This document shows, piece after piece, positions 35,126-38,093 of a DNA stretch of 38,093 nt. Each line of letters starts with the position of its first letter. Position 1 is the stretch's first letter. The notes under the pieces are model-generated. The model was not told where the DNA came from, did not search any database, and saw only the letters and a program-made list of their open reading frames with translations. The translations under genes and the position numbers were made by a program. The DNA comes from a virus (lineage: Duplodnaviria; Caudoviricetes), in IMG/VR virus record IMGVR_UViG_3300033512_000133, positions 1-38,093 of that record; one strand, given 5' to 3'.

Positions 35126-35832
35126 GCTCGTACACTCATGGTTTTTTCGCTGTACACACGAACGCCTGGTATACTTGCAAGCTGTTTGAGGCTTCTAACG
35201 GTAGCCCCTACTTTTACGTCATCAATCATTAGATATTCCCGAGGTATCAGCAAAGGGTCAACAATCTCGAATTTCCATACTTCACGATAGGACACGCCAT
35301 CGCTGGGAAGCTTTACTGGCGTATCAGCAAAGGCTAATGCCACGGTAGGGATCACAAACTCAGGCACGATTACAGGCTCTTCATCCAGCCCTAAAGCAGT
35401 GTTCGCTTCGGCAAGTTCCCGAGCTTCCTGTTGTGCTTTAGCGTGTGCTTCCCTTGCTTCCGCTTCTGCCTTTTGCTGTGCCAAAAGTGCTTCTGCTTGT
35501 GCTTTGCGTTGTTCTTCCCTGCGTATTTTTTCTTGCAAGTCGGTATAGGCAAGCATGGTTTTTTTAAGCTGTGCTTCCAGTGCATCCAGCGGGTCTGTGT
35601 ACTTTTTCATTGCGTCGATCATGCTTTTGTGTGCCTTGTGTGCATTATCGATGGATGGCTTGAAGGTGCTTTCGATCTCTTTTTTCAAAAGCTTGATTTC
35701 TTTGGCGGTGTTTACGCCCATATTATAGCTGTCTTGGTCGACTATAGGGCTTGACGCTACTAGTGCAATGTCGGTAGACTTTGCTTGGATTACTGCTAAT
35801 CCGACGATTTCTTCGGTGATTTCGGTGCTCAT
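35122..35832 (-). CDS. Coiled-coil phage recombination-module protein (Gam/Gp157-like, putative)
   Basis: Long coiled coil and WKFEIVDPLLIPREYL...IPGV C-terminus. Confidence 0.6.
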   Translation of the reverse strand: MSTEITEEIVGLAVIQAKSTDIALVASSPIVDQDSYNMGVNTAKEIKLLKKEIESTFKPSIDNAHKAHKSMIDAMKKYTDPLDALEAQLKKTMLAYTDLQEKIRREEQRKAQAEALLAQQKAEAEAREAHAKAQQEARELAEANTALGLDEEPVIVPEFVIPTVALAFADTPVKLPSDGVSYREVWKFEIVDPLLIPREYLMIDDVKVGATVRSLKQLASIPGVRVYSEKTMSVRA

Positions 35833-35890
35833 TGTTTTTGTTTCCTTTGCCCCTGCTGATTGGTCTCTGCGGGGGCTCTTTTATTTTGGC

Positions 35891-36682
35891 TCATGCTGAT
35901 GCTTTTTTTGTCTGGATGGCGACTGCAATACCTTTGCAGACCTTAATAATGTTGTAGCAAGCCTCTATTCGTCGGTTATCGTCGTGAAGCGTGTCCAAGT
36001 AATCCATGATAGCGTCAACAAATGGGTCTGATAATCCTTCGTGTGATACCCGTATGGATTCCTTGAATGATTGACGTTTGGTGATGTTCTCAACCATATC
36101 CTGCGCTGCTTTTAGTCCTTCATCGATGTACCTATCGTTCATATCTGCGATTTGTTCGCGACTTTTCGATTCTTCTTGGATTTTCTTCTGCAATAACTTC
36201 ACACGTTCATCTTGCTCACGTTTTTCTTGTGCCAGTTTGTCATCGGTGTGTTGTCTCCAGCCCTCTGGTTTCTTCCCAGTTTTGTTGTAAGTTTCGATGC
36301 GATCTTGTGCTTTTTGCCCCTCCGTTCGCTTTGCTTGTGCTTCTAATGTCTCTATGAGCGAATAGGCTTCTTGCAGGGTTTTTGGAGTTTGGAAATTCGT
36401 ATTTGCGTGCGAATTTCCAATTTGTTCTTTATTTTCCCATAGACTAATATACTTTTGTGCTGTGCTTTGAGAAAACTTGCAGTTTTTTGCGACCCAAGGG
36501 ATAAATTCACCATGTTGAACATTTTCCTTCACGCTTGTAAGTATCTCGCCTATACGTATAGCATCCTGAATTGCCGATTGTGCCTTGATCTCGATAGTCT
36601 TATTGAGCCTATTGACTTCATCGCCAGCATTTTCAATACTCACCGCTGGGTACGATACCCCCGTTGTTATTTCATACGTCAT
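35891..36682 (-). CDS. DUF3102 domain protein
   Basis: AIRIGEIL..VKE...HGEFIPWV...FSQSTAQKYI. Start re-called to 36682. Confidence 0.8.
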   Translation of the reverse strand: MTYEITTGVSYPAVSIENAGDEVNRLNKTIEIKAQSAIQDAIRIGEILTSVKENVQHGEFIPWVAKNCKFSQSTAQKYISLWENKEQIGNSHANTNFQTPKTLQEAYSLIETLEAQAKRTEGQKAQDRIETYNKTGKKPEGWRQHTDDKLAQEKREQDERVKLLQKKIQEESKSREQIADMNDRYIDEGLKAAQDMVENITKRQSFKESIRVSHEGLSDPFVDAIMDYLDTLHDDNRRIEACYNIIKVCKGIAVAIQTKKASA

Positions 36683-37095
36683 TTGTAATACTCCAATAAT
36701 TTTGGCAAGATGTATGAAAGTCCTTTTCCTGTGATCTGTGGGATCGTTTTCATGCCTACAGGGGTTTCTTTGATTACTGTTACAAACAGCCCTTGGTTTA
36801 CCCATTGTTGATATGGTTCGTTCTTGTGAGAAGCTCTGGAATCCAGAAAGCCTAATATTCTAAGTGCGTCGATAAGTTTATTTTGACCTATATCAGCTCC
36901 TGTAGATTTTTTCACTTCACCGTACAAGTTTTTTGCTGCTTCACTCATCGAATAATTTTTACCATTGTCCATTACAGCCATCCCAAACCTTGCGGCTGGT
37001 TGCAGGTCTTTGATTATTTTGTTAAGCCTCTCGATTACCGCCACTGACTGCTGTACGGCAGACAGAATGTCGGCATTTTCTAAATCGTTTATCAC
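36679..37095 (-). CDS. Anti-repressor KilA-C domain protein
   Basis: IGQNKL..LR..G.L, NEPYQ..VNQGLF and ITGKGL. Start re-called to GTG 37095 after AAGGAG. Confidence 0.85.
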   Translation of the reverse strand: MINDLENADILSAVQQSVAVIERLNKIIKDLQPAARFGMAVMDNGKNYSMSEAAKNLYGEVKKSTGADIGQNKLIDALRILGFLDSRASHKNEPYQQWVNQGLFVTVIKETPVGMKTIPQITGKGLSYILPKLLEYYK

Positions 37096-37250
37096 GCTGT
37101 CTTCTCCTTCTTTGGGCTTTTTTCCTCTAACCAAAAGTCAGCCATGATCCTTATCATGTCCGAACGGCTCCGTTTGTGGCTCTTTGCTTGATTGTCAATT
37201 AAAGCAAGGAGTCCAGGGTCGATTTTTATTCCTATTCCGATTTTTTTCAT
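37092..37250 (-). CDS. Ribbon-helix-helix regulator (pair A, leftward), 52 aa
   Basis: MKKIGIGIKIDPGLLALIDNQAKSHKRSRSDMIR..., missed by the ORF track. Promoter TTGACA-17-TATTCT at 37272-37300. Confidence 0.8.
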   Translation of the reverse strand: MKKIGIGIKIDPGLLALIDNQAKSHKRSRSDMIRIMADFWLEEKSPKKEKTA

Positions 37251-37344
37251 TGGTATAACCTCGCTATATTTAGAATATCATCGCTATACCTTATTGTCAA
37301 GACAAAAGGTATAACTTTGTGATTTTTTTTCCGATAATAAATTT

Positions 37345-37524
37345 ATGGAAAAACGTGTTGGGATTGGACTGAAAATTTTACCGAGCGTTTTGGAAGCTGT
37401 GGACAAATTAGCAGAAGCTGATTCTCGCACGAGATCAAACGCTGTTGAGTGGATTCTGCAAAACTGGATCCGCGAACACCGCCCCGAGTTGCTGGCAAAA
37501 GGGAATGAGGATCCAAAAACATGA
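37345..37524 (+). CDS. Ribbon-helix-helix regulator (pair A, rightward), 59 aa
   Basis: MEKRVGIGLKILPSVLEAVDKLAEADSRTRSNAVEWIL..., missed by the ORF track. ATG lies 6 nt after GATAAT. Confidence 0.8.
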   Translation: MEKRVGIGLKILPSVLEAVDKLAEADSRTRSNAVEWILQNWIREHRPELLAKGNEDPKT

Positions 37525-38093
37525 AGGAATATGTTGATAAGACTGTACATTTTGGATTATTAGACTGGAGACATAATAATGAGCCAGCAGATGTGTTGCA
37601 GATATTTGAAAGTATTGAACATTTGCCGTTTAATGATGGAAGCAGATATTTAGATACTAGTGACGGGCAAAAGCTATGCGTCATTTTGGATAAAATAGAC
37701 ATTAAGAACAATTCTATTTTCGGATGCATAGGCGACTCAAGGCGAAATAACTTACCATTTATTGAAAAAGACGGTGCACTAAAGCCATTTGAAATAGATA
37801 AAGGTTCAGGGCTTTTTGACGCAATGCATTTTTATATCCAAAAAAATAGCAAAAGCAATTGGATTATTACTTATGATTTCAATATCTACGCTCCTCGACC
37901 ATTTAGTTTAAATTGCTATGCCCAAAAAAAAGTCTCGCACCTTCTTAATTGCGGTGCTATATCCCCAATTATTGGTGATTCCATAGAAGCTGTTTTAGAT
38001 TCTTTTACTTCTATTAAAAAATTGTCCTTAAATGTATTTCGAGGTTCTGATATTAGTGAATTATCTAAAGGGTTATCAAAAGCTTTAAAAGAA
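37521..38093 (+). CDS. AT-rich hypothetical protein (partial, runs off right edge)
   Basis: Open frame of 191 codons from an ATGA overlap: MKEYVDKTVHFG...RRNNLPFIE...YDFNIYAPR. Confidence 0.7.
   Translation, partial: MKEYVDKTVHFGLLDWRHNNEPADVLQIFESIEHLPFNDGSRYLDTSDGQKLCVILDKIDIKNNSIFGCIGDSRRNNLPFIEKDGALKPFEIDKGSGLFDAMHFYIQKNSKSNWIITYDFNIYAPRPFSLNCYAQKKVSHLLNCGAISPIIGDSIEAVLDSFTSIKKLSLNVFRGSDISELSKGLSKALKE

Noticed and set aside
1-38093. tRNA, rRNA, CRISPR array, integrase, IS elements, reverse transcriptase/DGR
   Set aside because: None recognised by eye; tRNAscan, Infernal and HMM searches would be needed to exclude divergent cases.

Overview
The whole window is part of a siphovirus-like (pro)phage read mostly on the minus strand. 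From right to left it has a regulatory/anti-repressor and recombination region (three divergent ribbon-helix-helix pairs, four anti-repressors, PD-(D/E)XK exonuclease, RecT, SSB), a DUF1376 replication initiator with internal iterons, a run of small accessory genes, and a C5 methylase. These are followed by higBA, TerS/TerL, an inserted NlaIV/NgoBV-like type II R-M system, portal, MuF minor head protein, a methylase/ThyX/Dcd block, scaffold, capsid, head-tail genes, tail tube, a frameshifted tail chaperone and the tape measure. No integrase, lysis genes, att sites or host genes are visible, so host and prophage status are unknown. Family assignments come from motif recognition, not database searches. 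Standout observations: (1) TerL carries a 327-aa intein whose HNH homing endonuclease is a separate gene with its own Shine-Dalgarno in the -1 frame; (2) the MuF HExxH toxin-like tip is followed by an orphan nuclease tip, and an exact 21-bp in-frame direct repeat could swap them; (3) the C5 methylase hides an overprinted beta-type ORF; (4) a canonical attC-like site lies among the small accessory genes; (5) an amino-methylase carries a G10 tract; (6) two promoter-defined candidate small RNAs.
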